A stretch of 63,648 bases of DNA, filler included, from Reclinomonas americana ATCC 50394 (lineage: Eukaryota), in NCBI GenBank assembly GCA_048213135.1. It is 4 parts of 4 records of this genome, joined end to end, with 100 filler letters (N's around TTAATTAATTAA, not from the genome) between each part and the next. Parts side by side here need not be neighbours in the genome. Positions count along the whole stretch, not along the records: positions 1 to 19,800 come from PS015883.1; 3 more parts are not named here. The stretch is one strand, 5' to 3'. Positions 1 to 14,816 of this stretch are shown piece after piece. The notes below the pieces were generated by a model. The model ran no database searches. It was not told where the DNA came from and saw nothing but the letters and a program-made list of their open reading frames with translations. The translations under genes were made by a program, and so were the position numbers. Positions within the stretch are counted from its first letter, which is position 1. Every line of letters begins with the position of its first letter.

Positions 1-3000
1 GAGTTCTGGACGGCCGGCAGCAGCGGCATTGACGACGATTTGTGGAACCTGCTGGTGCGCTCTACGGTCGCTGTGGCTGAGCATGCGAGCGGAGCGCGTG
101 CCAAGAGCATCCGTGAACACTTGCTGGTCGTTTTCGCTGGCATCTTGAATCACGCGCCGACCGCTGGCGACAGCGTCAACAACCTCGGCGGCACCATGCT
201 CAGCGCCATCATGAAGGCCGAGCACATGCCACAGTTGGTGGCCGAAATGCTGAAAGCTGGAGCGCAAGACGCCGGTGTGGCCACTCAGGTCGTCGGCAGC
301 ATCGTTCGGTGCGAGCGCGTGTTGATGACGACTGCTGTGTCGTGTGTCTGTCTTCTCATCGCCTTCTCCTTTCTGCAGTGAGATCAGCCATGTGCCGGCT
401 GCGGATCTGGCCCGCGAGACCTCTGGCACCAAGAACATCTCCACATTCATCTGCGAGCTGGGCGATCGTCTGCCCAAACTCGCCAGCCAAAACGTGCCCT
501 TCCTCATGCCTTTCCTCGGCGGCGAGGTGAGTCGTGTCAGCTATCGTGTGACGAATCTGTGATGCTCATCGCATCGCATTTGAACAGGCGTATCAGCTGC
601 GCAATGCCCTGATCCACGTCGTCGGTGCCATCATCCGCCACTTTGCGCCCCAGCAGGCCGCCGATGCAGCGGCGCGGGGGGAGGAAGTGAACGTATGTGA
701 CGCTCACTTCTTGCAGTGATGCTCATAGTTATTGTGCTGAACTGGCACTCGCGTCGCAGAGTGCTGCCAACTTTGCCAAGAATCGCGACCATTTGTTCCA
801 GGTGCTGCGTGAGCGCTTCTTTGATGTCAACGCGTACACGCGCACCAAGGTGTTGCATGTGTGGGACGAGCTCGTCAGGTATTTGCCTGTGTCGTTTCTT
901 TCTCTCAGCACACAGTGATTTTGCCTCACACGCCGCCATCGCACAGTGCCCAATGTGTCCCCAAGGCACAGATGAGCAATCTGACGGAACTCGCGGTCGG
1001 GCGTCTCACGGACAAGTCGGCATTTGTGCGACGCGCCGCCGTGCAACTGCTCAACTCATTGTTGCAATATAATCCGTATGGCCCGCGGTTGCATGTGCAC
1101 CACTTCAAGGGCGAACTGGAGAACTGGAAGACCAAGTTGCAGGTGGGAAAAACAATCTGTGCCTTGCAGGCCCACTGACAGCGATTGCTCAATCATCCCT
1201 TCCTTTGTCTAGTCTTTGCAGGAGAGGTCGGGCAAATCCGCGGCGGCACCACCGACGGAGGGCGAAGCGAGCGGCGAACCGAGCGAGTCGCTGGACATTG
1301 ATACGAGTGACATGGAGGTGTGTCTCTCTATCTCTCCTTTCATGACCTTGACCCTCAGTGCTAACACCGCCGCCCCTCTCTCCTGCAACAACAACAAGGC
1401 GGTTGCCGGTATCATGCAGACCGTGCAGTACCTCACCGAAGCCGTATTCTTTATTGCTCAAATGGAGCGCGCTGTGCCCACCGTGTGCCAGCTGCTCGGC
1501 TCCAAGACCACCAGCGACGTGCAAGAGGCCATCCAACTCATTTCCACTGCCAGCTTGTTTGAGATTGGCTCGATTGATGTGGCGGCGCGCAAGATGCTCA
1601 CCCTCATCTGGAGCTCCGAGGTGGCCATCCGCACGGCACTTCTCGACGCCTTCCACACGATGTACATCAACCCCGACTCGAAGCATGCCACTGGCCTCGG
1701 GACCAAGTTGATCAGCATGATGAAGGGCGCCTCGGTGGCCGACCTTACGTCGCTCGAGGAGATTCTGTGCGAGCTGCTCAAGGCCGGTCGCGTGCACGGC
1801 AAGCTGATTGCCAATCTGTGGACCCTGTTTTGTTGCGTGTGCTTTATGAAGACGGGGTACTGCTCACTGGCACTGCAACTCATCTCCACTCGTGTGTTGG
1901 CGACAGTGAACGAGGACGAGTCGGTATCGCGCCAAGACAGCAATTTTGCGCTGGTGCTTCTTTCCATGGCTGCCAAGATCCGACCGCACCTGATTGCCAG
2001 CAAGATGCAGCTGATTCTCGATCATGGACTCGGCGAGCAGTACAAGGTCGGGCCTGCTTGCATGACTTTCTGTCACCACTGTCTCTGGATCTAACATGAC
2101 GTGTGTGAGTGTGTGCAGGGCGACCACATTCGTCTGCAGTACAGTTGCCGGTGCCTGCGACCCGTGTCGACCATTACTACCGACGGTCTGCCTCCAACTA
2201 GAATGCATGTTGTCGAAGAAGAGCAGGAACTGACTACTTCTCCGCAGCCGGCACCTTCTGGCGACTCTCGACCACGCACGCAGTGGCGAAGCGCTTTGTG
2301 GCCATATTGACAGATCACTCGTGGTGTCCGACGTCCACATGGTATGTGCATGCCACTGCTTCTCTTTGTTCTGTTGCGATGAAGGTGGTGCTGACGACAT
2401 GGGGGGCAGGGCTACGGTGGCCGAGGACGTGATTGCCACAGTGTATGCACTGGTGGAACCGGCCGACGAGTTGTGCGAGGAGGTGTTGACACGACTCAGC
2501 CAGGAGATCCAACCATCCGAAGGCCGTTGCGTCTATATCTCAGCCTATCACAGGTGAGTGCCTCGTGCTAACCCGACGTTCGCAGAATCGTGTGAGGACG
2601 GACAGAGCGCCGCCACACTGAACAAGCTGTTGTTCCTCATCGGTCACGTGGCCATCAAGAAGGTCGGTTGTGCATGCTTGTCTGGCGCACATTCATTGCT
2701 TGGCAAACACTCACTATCCTGTGCGGACAGATGCTCTCACTCGACGTGGCGCATGCACAAGCAAAGGAGAGGGAGGCACGTGAGCGCAAGGAGCAGCAGT
2801 CGGCGGCTGCGGATGCAGACAATGGACCGGCGGCAGGTGCTGCCGTGTGTCAGTGCTGGCAGCGCTTTTGTTTCACCGCTCACAAGTGCGTGCAGAGGAC
2901 GAACTGGGTGCCGAGGAGGCGCTGATGGCCGAGGCCGAGGCCGACGTGCGACACGAGCGATCCATTCGCGAGGTTATTTCATGTGTGTTGAGGCTCATTG

Positions 3001-4323
3001 AGAGGAATGAGCGACTTACATCGCGTGACAGATTGTGGAAGGCGACGGATTGATTGCACGACTGTGCCCACTTGTGGTCCAGACATGTAGCACTGATATT
3101 GGCAAGGTTTGATCACGTACATCCGGCTGCGCATCTACCGCACTCTGCTCACCCTGGTGCAGGATATCGAGTTGCAGAAGAGCGCCGTGCTCTCTCTGTG
3201 CAAGCTGATGACTGTCAGTCCGCGCTTCTGGTACGATCTCCTAAGCTTGTGTGTGCTTTGCGCGTGACGAGAGTGTGCTCACTCTGCGTGCTGACAGTGA
3301 GGCCAACTTGCGACTGCTGTTTACGCTGTTGGAAAAGTCGCCGTCGTTCATCATTCGCAGCAACATCGCCGTGTCGATCGGTGACCTTGCCTTCCGCTTC
3401 CCCAACCTGGTCGAGCCGTACACCAGTCGCATCTACGCTCGTCTGCGCGACAAGAACACGCAAGTGCGCAAGAACACGCTGATGGTGCTCGCCCATCTCA
3501 TTCTGAACGACATGATCAAGGTTTGCTCCGTCCCTCCTGTGCCAACGCACACCACTCGTCTTACTCAACCCGTCGCCGCTAGGTCAAGGGCCAGATCAGC
3601 GAACTCGTGCTGTGCACCGAAGACAAGGAGCAAGGCATTCGTGACATGGCACTGCTGTTCTTCAGCGAGCTGGCCAAGAAGGGCAACAACACCATCTACA
3701 ACTACATCCCCGACGTCATCAGTCGGCTCTCGCAAGAAAAGGGTCTCAGCAACGCCACCTTCAAGAGGGTCATGAAGTTCCTGCTGGAGTTCGTCTCCAA
3801 GGACAAGCAGACCGAGTCGTTGGTGGACAAGATCTGCCACCGCTTCGCCAACACCCAAGATGTGGATGCGTGGCGCAACCTGGCCTTCTGCCTAACCACT
3901 CTCAACATCAACGAGAAGAGTGTGAAGCGGATGAACGAGATCTTCAAGGTCTACAAGCCGGCGCTCACCGACCCGGCGACCTTTGCCTTTTTCCTCACCA
4001 TCGTGGCCAAGGTCAGTGCCGATGACTCGCTGCGCGTGCTCCCAGAATTCTCACACCTGTGCGACAGGTGCGCAAGGCTGCCAAGGATGGCGCCAAGTCT
4101 GCAGTCGACGAGTGGGAGGCCAATTTGATGAGCACGCAGATTGGCGGCGACCAAGCTGTGGCCGACAGTTGCGCACAACAGCACCAAAAATGCAGTCTTT
4201 CACGTGCTAACACTCTGCCATCAACTCCCTCTGCTAGGCGACGGTGAAGCTTCGATGTCAATCGCTCCCATGGGTGACGATGACGACGATGATGATGATG
4301 ACGACGAGGAGGGTGAGGAATGA
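1..4323 (+). CDS. NCAPD2: Condensin I complex subunit 1 (CAP-D2/Cnd1/Ycs4), multi-exon, 5' end outside window
   Basis: Spliced exons give Cnd1-type HEAT motifs: ERFFDVNAYTRTKVL, GRLTDKSAFVRRAAVQLL, QLLGSKTTSDVQEAI, IRSNIAVSIGDLAFRFPNLVEPYT...RLRDKNTQVRKNTLMVLAHLILNDMIKVKGQ. Acidic tail ends at TGA 4321-4323. All introns traced are GT-AG. Confidence 0.95.
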
Positions 4324-4361
4324 ATGAACGAATCAATGAAAAGTGTACACAAATGATGGTG

Positions 4362-7300
4362 TTACACTGGAACGACGGCGGACAACGCATCACTGCCACG
4401 CACGCAACAATTAGCACAGGAATGCAACAAAGCAGGCCACGTAATGACCACACTCACCGGCGCCGGCTGCTCGCCCTTCTTCAGCCACGGCAGGTTGGCG
4501 GCGGCCTGTGTGACACAGAAACGTGAGAATGGTACAGCGAACAAACAAGGTGGAAGGAAGGGATCACAATTGCGCAACTTGACGCAAAAAGTGCATCTGA
4601 TCGTCCTCGTACGAGAGTGAATTGTACTCGGTGGTCAGCTCCTTCAGTGCTCCCAATGTCCTGCTCTGTGGGTCACGAGTGAGCGGCGAGCCAGATACAT
4701 CGAAGCAAGCAAACTATCGCACCAGTTGGTCAAACCACGGATTCCGCACGGTGCCGACAAAGTCCTCGACTGTGGTCGCCCCCGAAAGCAGTGTCAAAGC
4801 ATGTCAAAACATAAAGAAAAGAGATTCTTACGCACTCGTTTGTGGCGGCGGTCCTCGGCCACTGCCTTCAGCGGGCACAACTGCTACAAACACGGGTCAG
4901 CACACACCGACGCCGCTACACAGAGTTCAACGACAGCCTGTACGCACGAGGAGCAGCAGCAACAACAGCAGCATCATCACCCGCTGGCGGTGCAGCGACG
5001 ACTGGAGGAGCAGCAACTACAGCTGGCGGTTGTTCGGTCTGCACAATGACACGTTGTGGTCGACAGTCCTGCATCATCAACCGATGAGTTCGTATTCTTG
5101 ACCGAGGGCACTCACAAAGAAAGATTGCTAAGCAGACCAGGGGTGTGGCGTCGGCCATGAGTCGCGGTATCTCCACCTCCAGGTCACTGACGAGCTGCGA
5201 GAGGCGCTTGGCCATGCGACGAGCCGATGCAATTTGCGCCTGCTGATGGGCGACCAGCTTGCCTTGCTGCGTGAACGCCGCCTTTAGCTTCTTCATGTCG
5301 CGCAAGGTGGTGATCAACTGTTCGCGACCCGACTTGATGTCCTTGCGCATCTCGCCCAGTCGCTCACTGATGCTTTGTCGATATTTCTGCACAATGTATG
5401 TCAGTGACTGCCGTGATACATAGAACGACAGCACCGCACCTCCATGTCGGTCAGACGACCGAGAATAGCGTCCTTGTCAGTGGCACGCGGGTGCTCTTGA
5501 CCTGCACAAGAGGCGTATGAGACAGACAGCAGTGCACTTCCGCCCTCCGCTCTTTGTACGAAACGATAGCACTCGATCACTTCCGAGGTCAGCTGGGCGA
5601 CGATCTTGAGGCGATTTTGCAGCGCGTGTTCGTTGGTCTCGAAGCGCTTGAACTCGTTGCGATCCTCGTCGGTCACAGACTCCAGCAACTGTGCATTGCC
5701 AGTCTGCGTGAACTGGTAGAACGATGCCGTGATCTCCTCCATTTTGGTACGCAGAGCGTCCACCTGCAGCGAGCCACCTTGCTGTCAAGCACCAGAGAAA
5801 AAGAGGAGCGCGATATTCAGCAATCGCCAACCTCATCAGACAGCAGTCCAAGACGCGCTTGCGCCGAGTGCTTCTCGTCGTAGGCAGTCCTGGCCATGGA
5901 GGCATTGCCAGTCATCTGCGTAGCGAGAGAAGGGTGAAAACCGAGAACGCGAATGCGAAAAAATTGCCACACTTACGCACGTGGTAAGCCAGCGTCTTGA
6001 GCGCCTTGACCAGCTCATCGTTCTTGCTGCGCTCAGCCTCCAGCTCTTGCAGCGCGCTGGCAACAGGATGCTGGTGTTAAACAGGTGTACACATTACCAC
6101 CGCAGAGTGACAACACAGCGACGCACCCAGCAAGACGCTGCTTGAGGTGAAACACTTCGCCCGGAGTGGCGCCCAACACACGGAATCCACGCGGTGCCGC
6201 ACCTGGCAACCACGGGTTGAGCAAGATCATGGATATTCGTCATCAACGACATTATACGGTACGCAACCAGTCTCCAGCTCCGCCTGCACGTTGCCGAGTG
6301 TGAGCGGCATGGTGTAGTCGACATGGGCGAAGAAGTTGTCGATCAGAGTCTGCAGATTGCGACCAAACGCGAAACTCCTGCGACAGGTCATACAACAGGC
6401 AGTAATGAGTGACTTAAGCAAGCAAAGACAGAGCGAAACCAAGCAGGAGAGCGCACCGTCGGTTGATGGACGAAATGAGTAGCATCAGCTCCACGAAAAT
6501 ATCGGAAGACACGTCGGAGAAGAGGCTTTGCGTGGCACCGATGAACGGCGCGGAACTCGAATGGGAGCTGTACAGCCAGTCTGGAGCGACAATGCGCGGA
6601 CCACGTGGTGGCTGCATCGTTGAAACAAAGGATTATTAGCAAAAAAACGACAGTTGACACTCCATCTAACTCCTCACTCACCTCTGGTCGCGTATCACCC
6701 TTGGCGCCGAGTAGCTGGCGGAAGGATCGGCTGTTGGCGCCAACTGAGGCACTGCGCATGCTCTGTCGTGCGGCGCTACGCAAGGGTGAGCGCGGTGGGC
6801 TGGAGGACGCAGGGGCGGGTTGCCGGGCAGCCGCCTGTGCAGCTGTCGGCGATGTTAGGGTTGTAGTGGACGAGCCGGCTGCGGCACTCGCTGCTGCTCC
6901 TGGTGGTGGCGCTGCCGATTCACCGCCAGTCACCGACAGCGAGACAAAATGCGCATCCGGCGCCTCATCGGCGATCTTGCCGAATGGTCTGACCAGTGCC
7001 GAGATACTACCACGATGCCGACTGAGCGCGGATGCTTCATCCGACTCCGCCGCACCGCTTGCCACAGTCATGGTAGCATACGCCGTGGGCGACATGACAA
7101 TCTCCACTCCCGCTTGCGCCGCGGCCGCCGACGGCGCCGCATCCGTGGGCGTGCTGTCCAGCATGGAACGGCCGACATTTTGCAACACTGCACGCACACG
7201 TCACGCGACAAGAACAGGAGGACTGGGGCGTGAGAAAGCGAGAGCGCACCTTGGCCAATACTCGCAGCTGGTGTGGAGCTCGGCTTTTGGCGGCGTCGCG

Positions 7301-8133
7301 GTGTCACGGTGCGATACACCGGCTGTGCGGCGACATCGGGCGGCGGTGCCGGTTGTGCCTCCTGCACACGCGCACACACAATGAGAGGCGGCAGCGCACG
7401 ACCGGAGTCTCTGCTGACACACACACACCTCAAGATGACTGAACGCCAGTCCCAGCGACACATCGGTGCCAGTGACCACCTTCTTGCCCTTGCTGCCAAA
7501 CAGCTTCTTGGCGGTCTTGCTGGATCACAATAACAACAGTGGGCAGCATGTCGCAGCAGCACAGCACATGAACGCCACGCGCAACGCTGTCTGTCGAGCT
7601 GCCAGGGTGGTGTCGATGCCCATCTGACTCTGCTGCTTGCGCAGGTTGGCCAGCATCTTGCGCTGCAGATTGAGCGTCATGCGAGCGGCCGTGTTCTCCT
7701 CTGCGCGTGGAGATGAGCAAAGAGATTGAGGCAACGAGAGAAACTGAGAGAGGCAACTCACCAGCGACCTTTTCCGCTTGAGCCGCTGCATCAAACTCGT
7801 CGTGTCTGTGACAAACAAGAGGGAAAGAAATCAGTGATCACAATGTGATCAACACTCACAAAAGAGAGAGAGAGACGCAACAGTTTGGCCACAAAAGCGC
7901 CCTGTTTCATCAGTGGGTCTTGCACGGACAGCACTGCGTCCTTCCATTTGTTCAGCGACAGGAGCGATGCGCAGAGATCTGTGAGTGTGTGACAGGATGT
8001 GATGAGCAGCAGTTTACACATGACAGTTTTACACAGTCGCAGCGCACGGACCGCGGTACTGGCGCTCGAGAAAGGTCACAAAGGAGCCGATGTTGTCCCA
8101 GTCGAAGCCCACCACGTGCTCTTGCAGTGACAT
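4362..8133 (-). CDS. Hypothetical multi-exon protein with coiled-coil regions and a Ser/Ala/Pro-rich central linker
   Basis: ATG at 8133 (MSLQEHVVGFDWDNIGSFVTFLERQYR), then exons joined by short GT-AG introns. Heptad-like segments (ERLGEMRKDIKSGREQLITTLRDMKKLK). No family recognised; 3' end approximate. Confidence 0.65.
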
Positions 8134-8256
8134 GCTTGATGGAAAACGACGCGGACAACCGACGATGATGGATGAATGACTCGACGCATGAATTCACTTA
8201 TGAGGTACAGAGAGACATGCTCTCTTCCCTTCTCATTCTCTCTCTCTCTCTTGCGA

Positions 8257-9952
8257 TCAGTATCGGCGACCGGGGCTCTGTGCCATGGCCATCAGATCGC
8301 GATCCGAGTGCCGCCGTGGCGACACTGCTGCAACGTAGTACGACGACGATGCATGCGCGGGCGATGAGGAGGCGAACGACGACACGGGTGAGTGCGACGA
8401 CAGGTACGGTGACTCGGCCACCAGTGCCGGCGACACGGATCGCATGCGACGCGGCGACATGTTGCTGCTGCCTGCCGGTGAGCGTGGACGACCCGGCGAG
8501 CTGCTGCCCTCGTGCCACCCGCGCGGCGTATATCGCTTCACCTCCAAGTCGCGGCTCGGGCTGTCAAGAGGGGAGGAGGGGTGTGAGTGTGGGATGTGGG
8601 ATGTGGGAGAAGGGGTTAAAGGGAAAGAGACAGGAAACGGGGAGAGAGATAAGGGAGTGCAAGAACGACCTGGAGGGCACGAGGATGTGTAAGGAAAGAG
8701 GAATGGATGCAAAGAACAACGACTCGTACTTGCAAAGGAATGGGAGGGAGAGAGAGAGAGAGAACGCGAACTGGAAAGAGAGATATGGAACACAGGAGAC
8801 TGGACTTGACGAAGGAGGAATGGATGCACAAGAACAAGGCTGTGGAGAGAATGTGTGAGAGAGAGTGCTTTGGAACACTGTTGCCTCGAAGAACGCCAGT
8901 GGCATGCTGTCTTGCAAGGAAAGAAGGCATGAACACAAGAAAGAGAGGGACTGGCAGGGGACTGGCAGGGGACTGCAAGCGAAAGTGAAGAGGGCAAGTG
9001 GAAGAGAGCGATTTGGAACACAGAGTCCGGGAAGAAAGTGGTTACGACTGGAAAAGAAAGAGGAATGGACGCAAAAGAACAAGGCTGTGGAGAGAATGTC
9101 TTGCAAGGGACTGGAAGCGAGAGAGAGAAAGAGAAGATCAGCGGAGAGTGCGAGTGCACAGTGGCTTGGAACACAGCAGCCTGCAAGAACGGCATAGATG
9201 GAAACATTTGCAGAGAAAATAGGCAAGCTTGCAGACGGACAGATAAGGTATGGAGGAGAGGAACATGCAAGGGACTGGGGCGAGAGTGTGAGAGAGAGAA
9301 AAGTGAGAGACCCAAAGCCTGGAAGAACGGCCTGAACGGACCGCAGCTTGGAGACTGACACAAATAGAGACTCGTAACTCTGTGGGCGCATAATGATCCA
9401 ACGAGCGGATCTCCGGTCGATGCTCCAGTGCCTCCCGGTACCGACTCACAGTCTCCCGTTCCAGTGCCGCAAACTTGTCAAACAGACGAGAAAGGGCATG
9501 AACGACACGATGTAATATCGATTTCTCCGCGAATGATTACCTTATCCTTGGCACGACGGAACTCGTGCGTGCTCGGCTCACGCACAGGCACACTCGACGA
9601 GTCCAACAGCTCACTAATGCGCTGCTTGATGGCCATGGTGCGTTGCAGGAACTCCTCGCGATTCAACTCAGACTCGCGCAGAGACTGTGTGTGTGAGAGA
9701 GTGAGAGTGTGTGCAGAGAGAGAGAGAAAGAGAGTGTGCATGTCAACGCACTGCGTAGCGGCTTTCAGGAGAGGCATAGCTGTGTGTGAGAGAGTGAGAG
9801 TGAGTGCAATAAGACGCGGGATTATTGGAGCTGCGGTTGCACACGCAACGGGCTCTGTTGTGTGTGTGAAAGAGAGTGGAGGGAGAGAGGCAGTGTGAGT
9901 TGAGTGGCAGCAGAGTGTGTGCGAGAGCGAGTGGCGCAACTTGCGGATCCAT
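8257..9952 (-). CDS. Hypothetical protein, Ser/Pro-rich C-terminus; includes a predicted 5-nt microexon (9850-9854)
   Basis: Phase-consistent model MDPQ|SP|YASPESRYA|SLRESELNREEFLQRTMAIKQRISELL...|FAALERETVSRYREALEHRPEIRSLDHYAPT|DPSRDLEVKRYTPRG...GRRY*. Last intron ~800 nt. Confidence 0.6.
8600..9360. repeat. Degenerate purine-rich (on + strand) repeats expanding an intron
   Basis: Recurrent GGAATGGAYGCAMAAGAACAAGGCTGTGGAGAGAATG-like unit near 8700, 8817 and 9062, plus repeated GCAAGGGACTGG and TGGAACACAG motifs. Confidence 0.7.
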
Positions 9953-10178
9953 GTTTGTTGCGTGAAACAAACGAACGTCGCGGGACACTGGCAAACTCTC
10001 GTCGACGAGTGGAGCTGCGAGGCAAGCGTGCATACTACCTCCTGGCTTAGTGTAGGCACTGCTGTCTCAACTAAAGAACGACGCGTTTGCTCGTTGCCAA
10101 GACTCGGATGTCCTGTGCAGTCGGAGATCACACTCCGATCCGTATTCTTCTTTTTGTGAGTCTTTCTGAGCGCAAGGC

Positions 10179-12350
<2,172 letters not shown>

Positions 12351-12457
12351 AGGAAGGACGCCGAGTCAGCGCATTGCCAATCCACCCGCCTCGCATTTTT
12401 TGAGCAATGAATGAATCGATCGACCGCCGCACCTCCCTTTCTCTTTTCGCAGCGCAC

Positions 12458-14776
12458 ATGCTGAGTGAGATCCGCGCGCGAGAATGTTGAGTGGGATGCA
12501 TGAGATCTCTCTGTATATCTGTGTGTGTGTGTGCGTTCCCTCATCAACCAGTGACAAACAGGCTCTCTCGATCCTCTCCGACGACGTCCCTTTGCCTTCT
12601 CTCGCCGCATGCGACAGCAGAATGTGTTGGCAGCGCGACTGCGTGTGGACTATAGAATGTGCGACACTCTCACACACTCACACACAAGATCATCGGAAGA
12701 TCCAATCTGAACTGGTGATTCTCTCTCTCTTGTCCCTCTCTCCTCTCTCCTCACCAGTCCAATGCACGAAGGATGCATCAACACGCTGTGCTACAACGAT
12801 CGAGGCACGCAGCTATTGTCAGGTGGTGATGACACGCAGCTGGCGGTGTTTGATCTGGAGACACTGTCGCCAGTGGCCAAGTGGGAAACGCTGCATGTCA
12901 GCAACATCTTCTGGTCTGCGTGTGTCACTCTTCGTGTTCTTTTGTGCTTGGATATGGACGTGGCAAGCTGACTGCTTGTGGCGGGCGAGCAGTGCACGGT
13001 TCGTGCCGTCGACCAACGACTCGGTGGTGATCAGTTGCTCGAGGGAAGGCCGCGTGGTGCAGTCGACACTGCGACCGGATGGTGGGTGCGAGACGGGCGA
13101 GTTGTACAGGCATGATGGGGAGGCGAAGAGGATTCTAGTGGATATGGAGTCGCCGCCAGTGTTTTACTCGTGCGGCGAGGATGGCGCCATTCATCGATAC
13201 GATTTGAGGGATCGGTCGCACCAGCCGCGGGTCGTCGTGTCGGGCATGTTGCGTTCTGCTGTGTTGCACCGCCCCTCCTCCCTGCTCGCCCTTATTCACG
13301 CCCCCTCTTTGGCGTGCAGGGAGCTGTACACGTTTGCGATGAACCCGGTAAAGTCGTGGGATATTGCGGCGGCAGGCAGCGACCAATCTGTTCGTGTCTA
13401 CGACATGCGGTTTCCGACGCAAGTGCGACCGCCATTGGTGCGTTGTGATTGTGCAGAGGGAGAGTGGATGAGTGTTTGGTACCTTTCCTTATTGAGTGTT
13501 GCGCGGCAGGCGCCACACACGGTGCCGAGTGCCATGTACTGCGCGCTCTCCAACTTCCGCTCGCACATCACCGGCGTGCGATACTCCGAGGACGGCAGCA
13601 AGTTGGTGGCGACGTACAGCGGTGAGCCAGGCTGAGCACCCATCGTTTGGCCACTTCTGCGTCTCACCGCCGTGCGGGTGCAGGAGACCATATCTACACA
13701 TTCGACACGGCGGAACACTTGCAAGAGCATCCGTCAAGGTGTGTGTGGATCTTTCGTGTTGAACTGTGCGGGATTGTGATACTCACTGTGCTTGACGTGC
13801 AGACAAGAAGGAGGTATTACGCACTCGCGCCCTCCTTTTGATAATATCGGTGGCGAGAGCAGGTTGCTGATTGTTGATGCACGCAGCCAACATGGCACGA
13901 ATCACCGGCAAGTACGAGAGCAAGTTTGTAGGTCACCGGAACGGCATGACATTCAAAGAGGTCTTCTTCTACGGAGCACGCTCGCAGGTGAATGCAACTT
14001 GATAGCCGCAGCACGATGGCCCTCCAGCTCACTTCTGCATTCGCAGTTTGTGTGCAGCGGGTCCGACAATGGTCGCATGTTCATCTGGGATCGGCACACC
14101 ACGCAGCTGCTGAACGCCATCAGCGCCGACTCGTCAGTTGTCAACTGCGTGGACATGAATCCCATACGCTTCGAGTTTGCATGCAGCGGCATCGACGCCT
14201 CGATCAAGGTGAGCACACGTACGCGCGTGCGCGCGACCGTACACGACACTGGCAGCTCACTGGGCGCAGGTGCTGAGTCCACTGCGAGAGGAGCCCGTCA
14301 CCAGCGCCGACCTGCCCGCCATCATCAGCGACCGCAACGCCACCCGCCAACTCGGCCGCCGCGAACGCCGCGATCGTGCCGTCGTCTCCACGCTCGACGA
14401 CGTCCGACCCGATTTCATGCACGATCTGTACGAAGGAAAACCAGTCGGCGCCAGCAGTCAACAGCAGCACGCAGCAGCAGAAGATGCCGACGACGACGAT
14501 GACGACGACGATGATGGTGGATTCACCAGCGGCTTCACGCAGGTCATGTCCATTGATGCGCTGCTTCGCTTGCTGATCCAGAGACAAGTCCGGCTCGGTG
14601 ACCTCGGGATCGTCCAAGACGACGATGATGACGACGATGACGATGACGATGACGATGATGATGAGGACGATGATGATGACGATGACGAGCCAAGAGCTAG
14701 CCTGCACCGATTCGGCTTTCACATTGCCGACACTGACGATGAAGACGACGACGACGAAGACGATGACGATCAATGA
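12458..14776 (+). CDS. DDB1-CUL4-associated WD40 protein, DCAF8/DCAF6/WDTC1-like, with poly-Asp tail
   Basis: Spliced translation MLSEIRARE...[108 protein letters not shown]. Confidence 0.85.
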
Positions 14777-14816
14777 ACGCACGAATCAACGAATCTCCAT
14801 CTTTTATTGATCGCGA

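Noticed and set aside
8257..9391. Long overlapping ORFs of 228-368 aa in the ORF track
   Set aside because: Mostly produced by stop-poor intronic repeats; only the terminal exon (~8257-8572) looks coding.
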